Source of the DNA: Antedon mediterranea
Taxonomy: Eukaryota; Animalia; Echinodermata
DNA: 64,000 nt
Assembly (NCBI RefSeq): GCF_964355755.1
Contig: NC_092671.1
Location: 39,876,304-39,940,303 of the forward strand
Direction: 5' to 3'
How positions within the stretch are numbered: the stretch's first letter is position 1; every line of letters starts with the position of its first letter. Made by a program: the position numbers and the translations under genes. Below the pieces are notes generated by a model, which ran no database searches, had not been told where the DNA came from, and saw only the letters and a list, made by a program, of their open reading frames with translations. Of this stretch, positions 51,141 through 64,000 are shown in pieces.

Positions 51141-52604
51141 TCCAATATTAATATGTAGGGATTTATATTTATAATGATCTCATCGAAAAAAAGTATAATA
51201 AGGCCTAATAATAACCTCCCACGTTTAAAATGTATAACTTCTTTTGGTCATCCTTTCAATTTGAATCTTTTCTAAAAGATAGATGGAAAAATAAACTGAA
51301 AGTTAAAGAATTATTTTACTTCAATAGCATCTTCATTAAGAAGAAACTTTTCTAAGAATCTATTGTTTGTACTGTGAATATATATTTTTTATCTGTCAAC
51401 GATTTTAACTTCTATATGAATTTTATATCATCATTGTAAATTTATTGGCCTATATTATGTCAAATGAATATTTATTATTTTATGTGTTGTAGGCCTACTG
51501 TATGTATGTTTTATCGAGGGCCCTAAATGATCAGTTCTATTAGGAACTAGATAGGCTACCCTCAGTAAAGATGGTAATAAATAAATAAATAAGCGAATTT
51601 GTAAATATCGCCCTCTCTCATTCGTGCAGTCGATATAGAGATGAAGCCAAATCTGTTTGTTAATTAAATGACGTCTTTTACAAAATGCGATCATGTTTAC
51701 AGTTATTAATACACATTTATGTTCTCCATTAAAAACAGGCATTCCGTGCGTAGGCCTATTTGCATACTAGGTAGGCTTTATTGACATAGGTACGTGTTGT
51801 TCACTTCAGACTCGGACTAATTGACACTTGTAACTATTGCATAATACTGGCCCTGTGTCTATTAAATGGCAACACCCTATACGGCGACAACTCACCTGGA
51901 TAGAGCTTAAGATATCATCACGAATCCTAAACAAACATTTACCCAATGCGACCACCGCCCAAAATCGAGGGCTTAGTTGTCCCATCAACACCCACATAAC
52001 ATGTTTTTCTTCCGAGGGCCCCACATTCCAATATGCACCCTATATAGCAACGATTATGCAAACGTCAGTCAAGTAAATTAAAATTAAGCATTCTTTTTGA
52101 TGATGATTATATATTAGTGTTCGTATTTCATATTTTAATTCATTGTAAATGTCACTTTAGCCTTTTTATTTAGGCCTATTTCTTCAGCAGGCAGTCAACC
52201 CTGGTAATTCTGACAACAGTGTGACTCGTGCTCCATACAATAGAATGGCGTGGCTTATTGAATAATGGTATTGAAGTACTGTACTACAACACATTAAGGT
52301 CTACTTCAAATCGCGCACGTTTATTTCTCGTTTAAATGTATTTTAGTCTTTCTGCCTTAAATATGTCGTCCTTTTGTGATCGTTTAACTAGTGGGCGTAT
52401 TGTTATCACACAGTCCGTGTTTGAACGGGTCCTTTAAATATTCCTCTTCCTCACGCTAACAGAACTCTGGCGCTGTTTTTCAAAATAGAAATGGTTGAAA
52501 TAGTGTTGGCCTACTTATACAATCTGCATTTAAAAAAGATCAAAATCTTCTTTTAATAATTCCTGGTTATACATTTCGGTCATACGAACCGCCGCACGAC
52601 TATT

Positions 52605-52790
52605 AAAGGTCAATTTACACACACACGAGCGGTAACGGTAATATAAATATAGAATCTATGTTATCCTTAGGACCATTTACACACAACGCGCGGAGCGGGC
52701 GGGCGGTTTCCGCTCTCAGGATAGATACAAATTCTCGTGGAACAAGCTTCTACGCGGTTTACCGCTTACCGTTACCGCTCGTCAGCGAAC
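52605..52790. repeat. Imperfect inverted-repeat element (MITE-like remnant)
   Basis: cgagcggtaacggtaa (52626) is the reverse complement of ttaccgttaccgctcg (52766); atttacacaca is repeated at 52613 and 52675. Confidence 0.55.
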
Positions 52791-54135
52791 CGCGCCACTA
52801 CTGCGAAACAAATTGATGTAATTGAGTACATCGAAATAATGTTTAATTTCTTCCTTATCATTGATAACCTCGATAATTACATTTCTTCGATGATCCGCAT
52901 TTAAATTAAATTGTAAAACTTTATTATTCTTTTACGATAATAAAGTATATGGAATGAATATTGCTCGAATTGTATGTATTGGCAATAAACCTTGAAATGG
53001 ATACAGACCTACATTAGATGACAGCTCCTTTATATCAACATCTTTATATGTACATTTTATGCAATGTTATAATGCTGTAATTTGCTGTTATAGATGCACA
53101 CAAAAAATGGTTTTAAATGATGGTGAAACACAGCCAAGGCGAGACATTCTCATTTTAGCTGTCTCGTCTTTTCACACATCATCTCAGATACTGATGGTGT
53201 ATGAAAGATAAAATCAGACTGATGAGATTATTTCCATTAGGATTATTTTCATGCGATAAGGTGGTGAAAATGACAAGTATGAATTGATAAACGATAATTA
53301 TTAGGTGACATTATACATATTGAATAAGTTGTCGACATTGTGACTATCTGCGGCACTTCGACACCATTATTTATAATTGGCACACACAAACTGCACAAGA
53401 TCATTCACAAAAGGCAATATGTTGAGGGCCTATCAACCCATTTAATGATTGCAATAAACAATAAGGTATGATATCGTGTAAGGAAGATAAGCGTTCATAA
53501 ATTGTTGTTAAGATTTTAGATCGGTAAATAATTGAATATCAATACTCATTGTACGTCTCAATTGTACATAAAAACCTAATAGAATTAACACGATTAAACA
53601 GTCGTAATCAATGGTGTGACGTCAGATTGCCTAAAATATGAAGAAACTGTAACGAACAGTTGAAGTGTAACAAGTATAATATTGATAAGGTTGATATAAT
53701 GTATTGATAAAACTGTCACTTAATCAATTAGCTTTACAGATATAGTATCGATTTGAATCGATTGTATTGTTACACATTCGATCCGTTACACTTGAGTAGG
53801 TCTAATAATGGGTGTGGTCGTTTTGGTATCCGATTGTTATAGAAAAATTAACCAGTTGAAGGATCTGATATCGATGTTGTAATAAATACGTAAATCATAT
53901 TGATAAATGCAACTGAACATTAACTTAGTTGAGAACTTTAGCGACAAAATGTCGATTTTCGATTAAGATAATTTTAGTTATGCCAATCAAAAGAAATTTG
54001 TTAGTATTTCGTACAGAAACACCATGTAATTAAATTTTTTGCTTACATTACTTATTTTTAATTAGATGGAGCAGCCTGGTATTATTTTTATTGTAAGGTT
54101 TTACAGCTTCTTCTAATTGCTGTTCTTGATGTTTA

Positions 54136-54331
54136 AGCTTGGTTCCCACTAAGACGCAACGCAAGCCTCAACGCAATTGCGAATTGGCCAATCACAACCG
54201 AAATTTCGAATAATCTATCTCTTTTGATTGGTTAATTCGCTTGCGTTGCGGGTTACGTCTTTACGTGGCTACGTCCAACGTACTACACGCTATGTGAAGA
54301 ACGAAGTGTGTTTCACTAGTGTAAACGCACT
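54136..54331. mobile_element. MITE family B, diverged copy
   Basis: agcttggttcccactaagacgcaacgcaag...ccaatcacaa...tgattggttaattcgcttgcgttgcg. Confidence 0.75.
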
Positions 54332-56717
54332 TTATATCGGATAAATAACAAACTACAACAAAAAGGTTATTTCAAAACGGTAGGTATTTAATGTTTTATT
54401 ATTTTTTTCAATGTTGGAATTCAGCATTATAAAACATTGCGACAATAGCAAGTATTACAAGAACGACAAATTTACTGTAAAATGTACTCATTTTAACATT
54501 TCGACCCTGTCTACAATTTTCGGGACCACAACATATACTGCTAAATATCAAAAATTCGTAAAAATGACGTCACACATTAAGTACAGGTAGTAGTATAGTG
54601 TTTACATTGGAATATAAAATACGAGGGTGACGTTGTATTTGCTATCACACTAATTACATCCATTTAACATGGAAAGTCAATTAATAATGAATAATATAGG
54701 AGGCATAAAACGTTTCTTTATATTGTTATACATGCGGTTGGATCCAGCTAATCGAGAGTGGTGGTTAATAAAGGGGGTATTTGGGAGAAGAGCCACTCTG
54801 ATGTACAACGTGCTGGGTGTGGTTGGGTGCATGGGGATGGATCCAGTGTAGGCCTAATACTACACTAAATAAGTCACATTGAACATTTATTTCATATGCA
54901 TTGTCATGGCAATTGTACGCACGCGCACGTATCATGCGTGACGACACAAGGATATAAGAGTGAAACACGATGGTGATAGGTCAGTGGTGGTACCTGAGTA
55001 CATGCTAAATCTATAAAGATACGTGAATACACAGCGCTCAAGACATTAGCAACGTTTACGCGTAAACTGTGGTTCTCACTAGATTATCAAAATAGGTAGG
55101 TGAAGCCTACAGCTGTTACGACATGATGATGTTGTGGAAACCACCATTTACCGATCAATAAGTTAGATAGATACTTAGTTTATACTTAATTTCTAAACAT
55201 ACCGAAGCGAGTCAGAGAGAATACTATTGAATACTGCAATAGGCAACATCACACAGGTCATTTAAAAAGCATTCGACACAGTTTTCTTCTAATTTGTCTC
55301 TAAAATCGCAAAACTTATTTTAGCCATATCAATAATTTATTAAAGATTTTGTACGTAATTTGTACGTGTGTACCTCAAACGTTTGCGTCAGGACTCGACT
55401 AAAATAGTGAAGTAAAAAGTTTAAGAAGAAATGTGTGAGAGTTTCTTCTTAATCTTAAGTATTAGCAATAAATAATGGCGTAGTAAGCGCTCTATCAGCC
55501 TCTCGTAAGTAAGTTTGATGAGTTTAAAATTAATTGTCTAGTGTTTTCAGTAATTCACTATAATTATACGCACAGTGCATTGATCAAATTTGAGTCCATT
55601 AATTTACCAACAACGTAGATACGTCACTATGTCATCTATTTGTTATTCCTCATTTCTAACTTCATTTACGTTTAGTAATACTGCTCACAAAATAAATAAT
55701 TATCTAACAAAACAATAAGTTTAGTAAACAACAAATACATGCTCTGTCTATAACAGTATCAAGATAAATTATAATAATATATCATTATATTCAAATAATT
55801 GTAATTATACCATGCGATATCAATATTTATAGAGTTGTTTTTATAGTCATATTCATGGTTTTCATCTTACAAATCAGTAATAAACTCGGCAGCCTAATGA
55901 CGTCATAAACGTCATAAATCATAATTTCAGACTAATTACAACAAATGTATTATTACGTTAAATAGAAAATAGTTCTTTTATACAAATCGAAAATTTAACC
56001 CGTCGATGTTTATAACATCGGCGGCTAATCATCCGGTTGTTTCTGTGTGCGTTGTGTTGCTAGGCAACATCATGCCTACGCGGTAGGGAATGTTTGATGA
56101 TTAGTTTGATATTCATCACGTGAAACATATTTAGTTTCAGTTGATGATGACGTGTACAGTCTACTGGCTATAGTACATAAGTTTCTTTTTTTTTTTCAAT
56201 TTCAGCCTCATTTAGAAATCAATTACAGCGAACGTTACCACAGAAAACCGATGAATACCGAAATAAATCGATAATGCACGCGGTGACGTGTGATGCACGC
56301 GGTGACGAGTGATGCACGCGGCGCGCGACAATCCTCTGGTGGTCAACTTCAAAGCAAGATGCGTGTCGTAAACAATTGATCATGTCCATAAATACAACAT
56401 ACATAATGAATACCGGTATCAAAACACTTTTATGTAATAATTTATTTTAATAATACTAATTAATTGTTTCACATTGGCGCCTGACGTCATGTATTAGACG
56501 CGTCACACTGGTATACACGTTGATTGCGTTTCGCGTCGTTCGTTCAGTATGCGACGCAAGTGAAACGGTGGATTGCGTCAGACAGCTTGCCTTTTTACCG
56601 GAATGCCTGCAACCAGGGCATCCAAAAGTTTTTTTTCAGACCAATTTCTTCGTCAAAGTGTTAATAGTTTATCTGACCAAATAATACACATGATTATTAT
56701 TATTTAACCGTGTGACG

Positions 56718-57440
56718 TCACGGGCGTTGTAACGGTCTTTTGCAGCGATTCCGATGATGTCGAACTCGGTGCGACTTGGCCATAAGTCGCAATGCGCAGT
56801 CGCACGAACTATTAATTGCAATCCAATTCCACCCTTCTTGTCCTTGTTTATTTCTAACAATGGCGTAAACAAACGATTCTTTAGTAATACACTCTGAACT
56901 GTAATACGTTGCATCGATCCCTCTACATCCGTTTTTATTTCCTTTCTTCGAACAAGAAGTCTCGTAGAAAAATTGCGACGTGTGGCCTTTCCCGCCAAAA
57001 GTTTTAATGTGTTCCACAACAGTAACATTTTCGCCATAATACGACATGGCCCATTTCTTACGCGTCCATGTTGTAGACTGATCACATACTGACAATAATT
57101 CAGCGCTGCTTCTTCGCTTTCGACTATGTACTGTTGAATTTAAATTGTTGTCCATTTCCGGTGTTAAATAAGCCCGTGGGGGCCTGTCCGGTATTGAATC
57201 TGAAAAGAACGTTCGTTCAGACATTCTGTTTATTTCATTCAAATCATATATTAAATTCGAAACGCTTCCCTTTAATTGATTGTCTGTATTTAGTCTTTGG
57301 TGATTTGTAAATTGCGAAATCGTGTTTTGTGAGCGGTCCATTACATCCAACTCCAATTTGCTTGGAAACGCCAGGCAATTTGATATCAACACAAACATAA
57401 GGTCAAAGGTTAGAAGTTCAAGGGTTAAAACCCCGGCCAT
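56718..57440 (-). CDS. Neurotrophin precursor (NGF/BDNF/NT-3 family), 240 aa, single coding exon
   Basis: Hydrophobic signal peptide, prodomain, furin site RKRR, mature domain LSVCDQSTTW...VTVV...QFFYETSC...GCRGID..YYSSECITKESFVYA...GWNWIAINSSCDC with the six cystine-knot Cys. Splice acceptor at 57447-57448 lies 6 nt before the ATG. Confidence 0.96.
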   Translation of the reverse strand: MAGVLTLELLTFDLMFVLISNCLAFPSKLELDVMDRSQNTISQFTNHQRLNTDNQLKGSVSNLIYDLNEINRMSERTFFSDSIPDRPPRAYLTPEMDNNLNSTVHSRKRRSSAELLSVCDQSTTWTRKKWAMSYYGENVTVVEHIKTFGGKGHTSQFFYETSCSKKGNKNGCRGIDATYYSSECITKESFVYAIVRNKQGQEGWNWIAINSSCDCALRLMAKSHRVRHHRNRCKRPLQRP

Positions 57441-57915
57441 TAATATCTGAAAAGAAAAAGAAAAACATTGTCAATTTATTTTCATAATTAATTATTAGTT
57501 ATTACGTAGGCACTTATTTTTAAATATTTCCACTGTTTTCGCAATGTTAAAAGTTGGACATGAAGAAAAAGCACAAATAGTATAAATTCTGGACCATTTT
57601 ATAGACGAACATTTAAAGGAAATTATTATGAATATGATAAAATAAAGTTTTAATGTTGTAATTATTCTATAGAAACATATTAGTTGTATATTGCACCTGT
57701 TTTGAAGTCTAGACAGAACGTCGCTTTACATTATTCCTATGGCTTATCTCACAAAGTAGCTACTCGCTATCTCTACACACACACTCACAATACTAACGAA
57801 AGCTAACGACTTTAGAGAATAGAAATAACACGCTAACAATTGTACATGATCGTCGCCACTCTGTGTTATTGTGGTTTGACTAACGGAATCTGATTGATAT
57901 CTAAATTGCCTCTAA

Positions 57916-58073
57916 AGCCCTGTCTACACTATCAAACTGTATGTGACAAAAAAATGTCATGTACCCCATATATGGACACGATGATGTCATATCACTACCA
58001 TATTTGGTAATATCAATACCATTGGGCACATCACACTTTTTTGTTAAACTAGTTTGATAGTGTAGACAGAGAT
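57916..58073. mobile_element. MITE family A, full copy
   Basis: agccctgtctacactatcaaact...agtttgatagtgtagacagagat. Confidence 0.85.
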
Positions 58074-60202
58074 TTATAGCAATAATTGGTTTACTGTAAG
58101 TGTAGTTAGTTTTGTTAGTTAGCTTGTCCGTGATTTCATGAAATCGTCATCAAACTTTTTAAACCAACAACACACAGCATGTGTACCGCCCTCTATACAT
58201 GTAGGACACGACCGACAAAACCTAATGGTTTTAAATTAAAACAACATACATGTAATTTATCTTGTATCATAGAATTTTAACCAATATAGTGGTAATTATA
58301 CTTCTGTTTTCTTATCTAAATTCACTTTTTGATAATTATCGATTTAGTTTACATATGAATTAGTGTCTTGCACTTGAAGGCCCACGAGGGGAAAGTTTTA
58401 CGGACGCATACTGGGCAATTTAAAAGGGTGGGCAGCCTTATAAATAGATAAAACAAATACACGACAAAGGGGATGTCACTTGCTTGCTGATAATAGATCA
58501 GAGGACACACGTAGGGGACCGGTGTTACACTACCGGTGGTTTTAGGTTTATCCAGCCTACGTCTTCCTGTCAAAAGTGTAATGCACTCAAATTGTTGCTT
58601 AACTTAATTTAAAGTTTGGTGATGCGTTCATTGGTAGATCTATCTCATGCAGCAGCAGCTGGACTACACGACTCAAGAAATTACACAAGTTTTTTTTTTA
58701 GGGTTTATATAATATTAAAGGGCCCGAGCAATGGTTTATATAACCGTAAAGAGCCAAGGCAATGATTTATATAACATTAACAAATTTAAGCATATTAATG
58801 TCTATCTATAGCGTAGTCGCAATACACAGATGTTTGTGTCTTTGTATTATCTTTTTGCACGCAAGCAATATCGTATAATTTTTCCAAATTCATTTATAGT
58901 TTAGTTTAGGAATGCGCTGGTAAGGAATGGCTTTAAAACAGGTGTGAAAGAAAGTATTGTAGTGATAGTTACGAAATTTGAGCTTGAGAAATATGAGTTA
59001 GTGTTTTGGTAGGCCCCACGAGGGCTGCAATGAAACCGACGTTGTGAAATCGTAATGTCAGCTGAAACAATAGGAAGATGACAAACAAGCCTAAGAAAGA
59101 CAAGAGCCTAAGGATGATGATTACAAAACCATTTATGAGAGATGATGAAGAATACAGAATGATGATGTTTAATCTAGCTGGTTGCTATGATAGATGTCAC
59201 CATCTTTGTGAGGCATTATGGGATTCCATTCGCCTCTTTAAGTATTTTATAAGAAATTTAAGGTAAATTGTCCGAGAGTTTAACACATTGGGTATATAGC
59301 ATACGAAGTTTATTCTAGGTACGTTTAAAATGACAAAACTTTCTGTTCTGTTAACGAACGAACACATACGCTCTCCGCCATTCTTTAAAGCGCAAACGAA
59401 CAAATACCAAGACGAGCCTAATGCCAATGGTTTAAAAAGTCGGTTAAACCAAAGTATTCCAGTCTTTCATCGCCAATTAATACGAAAGGAATTCGCTGAC
59501 CGATGTTTACCTAAAACTTGAATAACATAGCGAATTGACTACTGTCACGTCTGCTAAAGAGACGGTGAAGAAGAGACACGCGTCATGTCACCAATACGGA
59601 ACACTTCAAACGACAATTTTAAGTGACGAAATCAGGAGAGGTTTGTCTAGGCCTCAATCGCCACTCATCATATTATGCCGGATTGGCTACCGAGCACATA
59701 TTTCACTGTCAACACACACGAAATGTTTCGTGCAGAAACCTAGACAAATAAACGAGTTATATTGCCGAAATTAAGTTTGTTTTCAAACTTGCTAACGAAT
59801 GAATTATCGAAGTTACAAGGGACGCTCTGTGTTTGTAGTTAGCTAATCTCAATAGTGAATTGTACAATAATGTCCACCGGTAATTGTAGAAAGAAAATGA
59901 TAATTATAATTAATGAACGTCACGAAGGTAACAACAAGGGCTGTTAAACGATAATGCTCATGTGTGTTTTACTTTGACAAAGTTTGTGTAAGCATTTGAT
60001 CATTTATTTGGTCAAATCATAGTCAACATACACAAGACAACAATGACTGGCATTTTGTCTATAGGCCTATATCGCAATAACAAATACAATTCAAATAACG
60101 ATGTGAATATTTGAATTAAACCCAAATTCGAAAGCGAACTATACTTTCTTTTCTTATGAGGCAGACCAACCATGTACATCAACACTAAACGTATAGTATT
60201 AA

Positions 60203-60381
60203 AGCGTGGTTCCCACTGGCGACGCAACGCAAGGACGTAACGCAACGCAAGTGAATTTACCAATCACAAGCGATGGCTTATTCGGTTTTGATTGCCAACT
60301 GTCTATAACTTCGCTTGTCATTGGTTAAAACGCTTGCGTTGCGTTTACGTCCTTGCGTTACGTTCTAGTGGGAACCAAGCT
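60203..60381. mobile_element. MITE family B, full copy (reverse orientation to 32748)
   Basis: agcgtggttcccactggcgacgcaacgcaaggacgtaa...ttacgtccttgcgttacgttctagtgggaaccaagct, TAA/TTA flanks. Confidence 0.88.
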
Positions 60382-60415
60382 TTAGGGAATATAACGAAGT
60401 CGTATACATTGAGAA

Positions 60416-60577
60416 ATCTCTGTCTACACTATTAAACTAGTTTGACAAAAAAAAAGTGTGATGTGCCCAAATTTATGGCAGTGATATGCCCAAATATGGT
60501 ATGATATGACATCATCATGTCCATATATGGGCAAATCACATTTTTGTCACATAAAGTTTGATAGTTTAGACAGAGCT
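60416..60577. mobile_element. MITE family A, full copy
   Basis: atctctgtctacactattaaactag...agtttgatagtttagacagagct followed by TTA. Confidence 0.85.
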
Positions 60578-61297
60578 TTAGTCGAAAACATTCCTGATCA
60601 AATGTTAAAATAAATTGTGTCAGCATAACTACCTTGCCTGCCTGTTACGCTTAACGTGTGCTATATACAGTAATCGGGTTAATATACCTATAACCACGTC
60701 ATACTTTAAGATATCAGCCAAATATTCCATGCATTTAATGTAGTATTTATAATGCAGTTTATAGCAGCATGCAAATAAACTTAACGATTATAAACACAAG
60801 CTTTTTATAACATTTTTTTAAAGTTTAAAGTATGCTGTAAATTTACCGGTGTTATTAGCCTATTTTATTAGCCCAATGATCATACACTCAAGACATAGGC
60901 CTACAAAGCAGTATTGTGTGGTATACATACACATGTGGAATTTTCTTGAAACGTTTTTGATGAGGATTAATTTAATTGGATGGACATATTGGTGTGAATC
61001 GATCCACGGTTATTTAAAGAACAACACCGGATGTACAATTTTACGATGCTTTTATTAACATTACAATGTTGTATCAAACACGTTCTGTTACGTATTGGCG
61101 CTGTGTGTGAACATTATAATTTACAATACATAACAGCTTGTGAGTGTGAATTCTAAACAAAATTATTATTATTCAAAATCAAAGTACCCTAAGTCAAATT
61201 CTGTAAGCTAGGATCTGAACTATTTTACTATCGGAAGTTTCGAATCAGTAGGCATCACGTTGTCATGGCAACACCCTTTACGAGATCGGGGTCATTT

Positions 61298-61447
61298 GTA
61301 CACAGATCATTTAGTGACATTAACTGCAGCATTTTTACACAGATCAGCATAATGTTAATATAGCATTTAGTGACATTAACTGCAGCATTTTTACACAGAT
61401 CAGCATAATGTTAATATAGCATTTAGTGACATTAACTGCAGCATTTT
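61298..61447. repeat. 56 bp tandem repeat, about 2.5 copies
   Basis: catttagtgacattaactgcagcatttttacacagatcagcataatgttaatatag. Confidence 0.85.
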
Positions 61448-64000
61448 CACCAGTTAGTATGTTTTTGAATGTCATAATACAATTTAAAAAACTGATATAA
61501 ATGCAGGACTTAATAGAACTACCGCACCTTACGACGGTGTAAATGTAGACATCGGCGGAGAATGATTACTACCAAACTCGACCAAGAGTACATGACAGCC
61601 ACCTGATCGAAATTTGATAGACATTACAACTTAACATTAGACACAAAACTCTTGTAATTCAATTGCTACTCATTTTAAATGTGTAATTAAGATAATTTAG
61701 GTACAAACAAGTGATGTATGTATGTATACATAATGTTATTTGCAAATAAATTAAAATATTAATATATTACTTTTTTGCGACACTTGTAAACTAATTCGAG
61801 TCACACGCCTACGCGTGTATGTATGTATTTGTAAATGATATAGACCATACAGTAAACGAACCGAATGGGGTAAAATAAAGAGTAGAACGATATCAGGTAC
61901 AGTGGAAATAACAATTATATTATGTTAGGCTTAGTATACTGTAATTATTATGATAACTGTGTCAATGTATTACAATCATTATTTCCGTTTCATTTCTACT
62001 TGTAACGCGTTTTGTATAATCACTGACGTTTTTTTAATTAATCAAGGATACAAATTTAATACAAATAATAATATATTACAAATTGATATATTAATAGCTT
62101 GAATGACTAGATTTATGAGATTCGTACACAAAGTGTATTACTAACCAAAAATAGAATTAAAAGTTGGATAAAATGTGTTGCTTTAACATTCACTAACCAG
62201 ACCGCTGACGTACACATCGGAATGTATTTGAACTCAAAGAGCAAATATTGTACGATGATCAGCAAACACACTTACGCTCCTCCTCACATTATTTTTAAAG
62301 CTTCCTTTAATTTTTTATCGTAATAAATTCTATTACTGATATTTATGATTACAGTATTTACACGAACATAATGGTAAAAATAGTAACGCGCATATAAAAC
62401 AAAAAACGGAAATGCGTACATTACGCGTTTCCGTATACAGCGCGTTAGCGTAAACCAATACGCATTTCCATACGCTCTCTGTACAATACATACGCACTTC
62501 CGAATGCGCTATTGCGTATTACAATACACGCGTTACCATAGGCTACCGCCGAAGAACAATATGAAATTAATGTGATATGTCGTTGTGTTTAGAAGGAAAA
62601 CCAATTATGGTTTGTCCTTCTAGGTTTCCTCAGATTGCTAAATAGACTCTTTGTCATAGAATAAGATGACAACGAGACGACGACAGCAAATTTAATTCTT
62701 AATCTTACTCAAATTTTGAAAATTAATGGTTTTACACAGCGCGCCAATCAACTATTTTACCTACTCTCGTCGATTAGCCAACATGCTAAAGATAATGGAT
62801 GGATACAAAGCTATTACATAATTGTATCACCACACCAGTTGTTACATGTATATCGACGTATACAGACATTTAAATAAAAATGATTTTAAATATCACATAA
62901 AATGTAAAAAATCGCGTACGTTCCCAAGGCAACCGCAAACAACAAACAAAAATGAGCAATAATTACAATTGCAAAAGAAAAGTAATAAAAAAGGATGTTT
63001 TACCATGCGAACCTCCATGTAGCTGACATTACGTAATCCCTACGTGTAGAAATCCTTATTTAACTGCATTTTCTTAAAATCCATAATAAGTCCAAGTGAT
63101 GTTAGTTTCCAAATGTAGATCTGTTTGTTTAAAAAAAGAACGAAACAACGATGATATAATAAAAATCCAATAGAGAAATACGAAAGCGTTACAGGCTCTG
63201 TCTGTAAAGTAACCAAGAAGGAACATATACTTGAACGATATATCTTGACTTGAGGAGTAAGTAAGGTAAGCTCACTGTGTGATGTTCATAGTACTAAATG
63301 AGGCTCACTTAGTAAGTTACACTGTTTGATAGATTCACCACTTACTAAATATATGGAGCAAAGTCTGCTGCCCTCACATGCTAAAATGTCACGCCTACTG
63401 CTGAGTGCTGTATCGATCTAAGCACCCTTACTACCTAAGAGGAGTATGACACGCGAAAGCACTACCACCAATCAAAACAGACATATCCATTACCCACTCT
63501 GTGTTAACAACACGCACGAGTCTTTAAATAGTATCGTAAGGGTTTAATACTTTAAATGGTCATGTTTGCTTTAATTGTCATTTTTGGCATGCAATTAAAA
63601 ACTTGTCAAGAAGATTACAGAATAAATTCGTCTTCTGAATAAACCAACAATATAACAAATAGGTACGGTAGTTATTGACTTCGATAATGCTTGTTTCCCG
63701 TCACTTTCACTAGATATCTACCATCACAACTAACCGTCAGAAACATGTTACTTTTTAAATACACCAGGTAATGAACAATTATAACTTGCTATAATAGATT
63801 TTATGATAAAAAGAGAAGTTTTTAAATGATAGCGAATGGTTGAATATTTTACAACAGTAGTCTTAAAGAAGATCCGATATATCATCTTAATAACAAATGT
63901 GAAAAGTAGGCATATTTATTTACTAATGTGTATCATCAAAGTAAAGAGTGATTGTGTAATGAATAGTGGCACCTTGAAAATTGATAAATTTGGACAAAAG

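Noticed and set aside
56669-57085. 138 aa alternative-frame ORF overlapping the neurotrophin
   Set aside because: Non-ATG start, no recognisable homology, and an expected by-product of a long coding exon.

Overview
AT-rich, intron-containing animal genomic DNA from an invertebrate bilaterian, plausibly an echinoderm or other deuterostome (inference from gene content and SINE types). Six protein-coding genes were reconstructed exon by exon from splice sites. They are the 5' part of a MAP-kinase phosphatase (DUSP8/16-like, minus strand, running off the left edge), an F-box/WD40 protein with an apparently duplicated N-terminal dimerization-like motif, a KIAA2012/DUF4670-like coiled-coil gene, TMEM258 (with a U12-type intron), CCT2 and a single-coding-exon neurotrophin with a basic, Cys-bearing C-terminal tail. 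Mobile DNA includes two PIF/Harbinger-like MITE families (13 and 4 copies), a TTAA-flanked MITE, truncated LINE ends (two nested in other elements), tRNA-derived SINEs and Penelope-type hammerhead remnants. The most striking non-coding signals are 17 perfect AP-1 sites around the DUSP gene, 5 perfect CRE palindromes at the neurotrophin 3' end, CTCF-like motifs at both edges of the central gene block, and CTAG/AGGCCT-rich tracts just downstream of several transcription starts. All counts and coordinates were read by eye. No prokaryote-type system (CRISPR etc.) is present.
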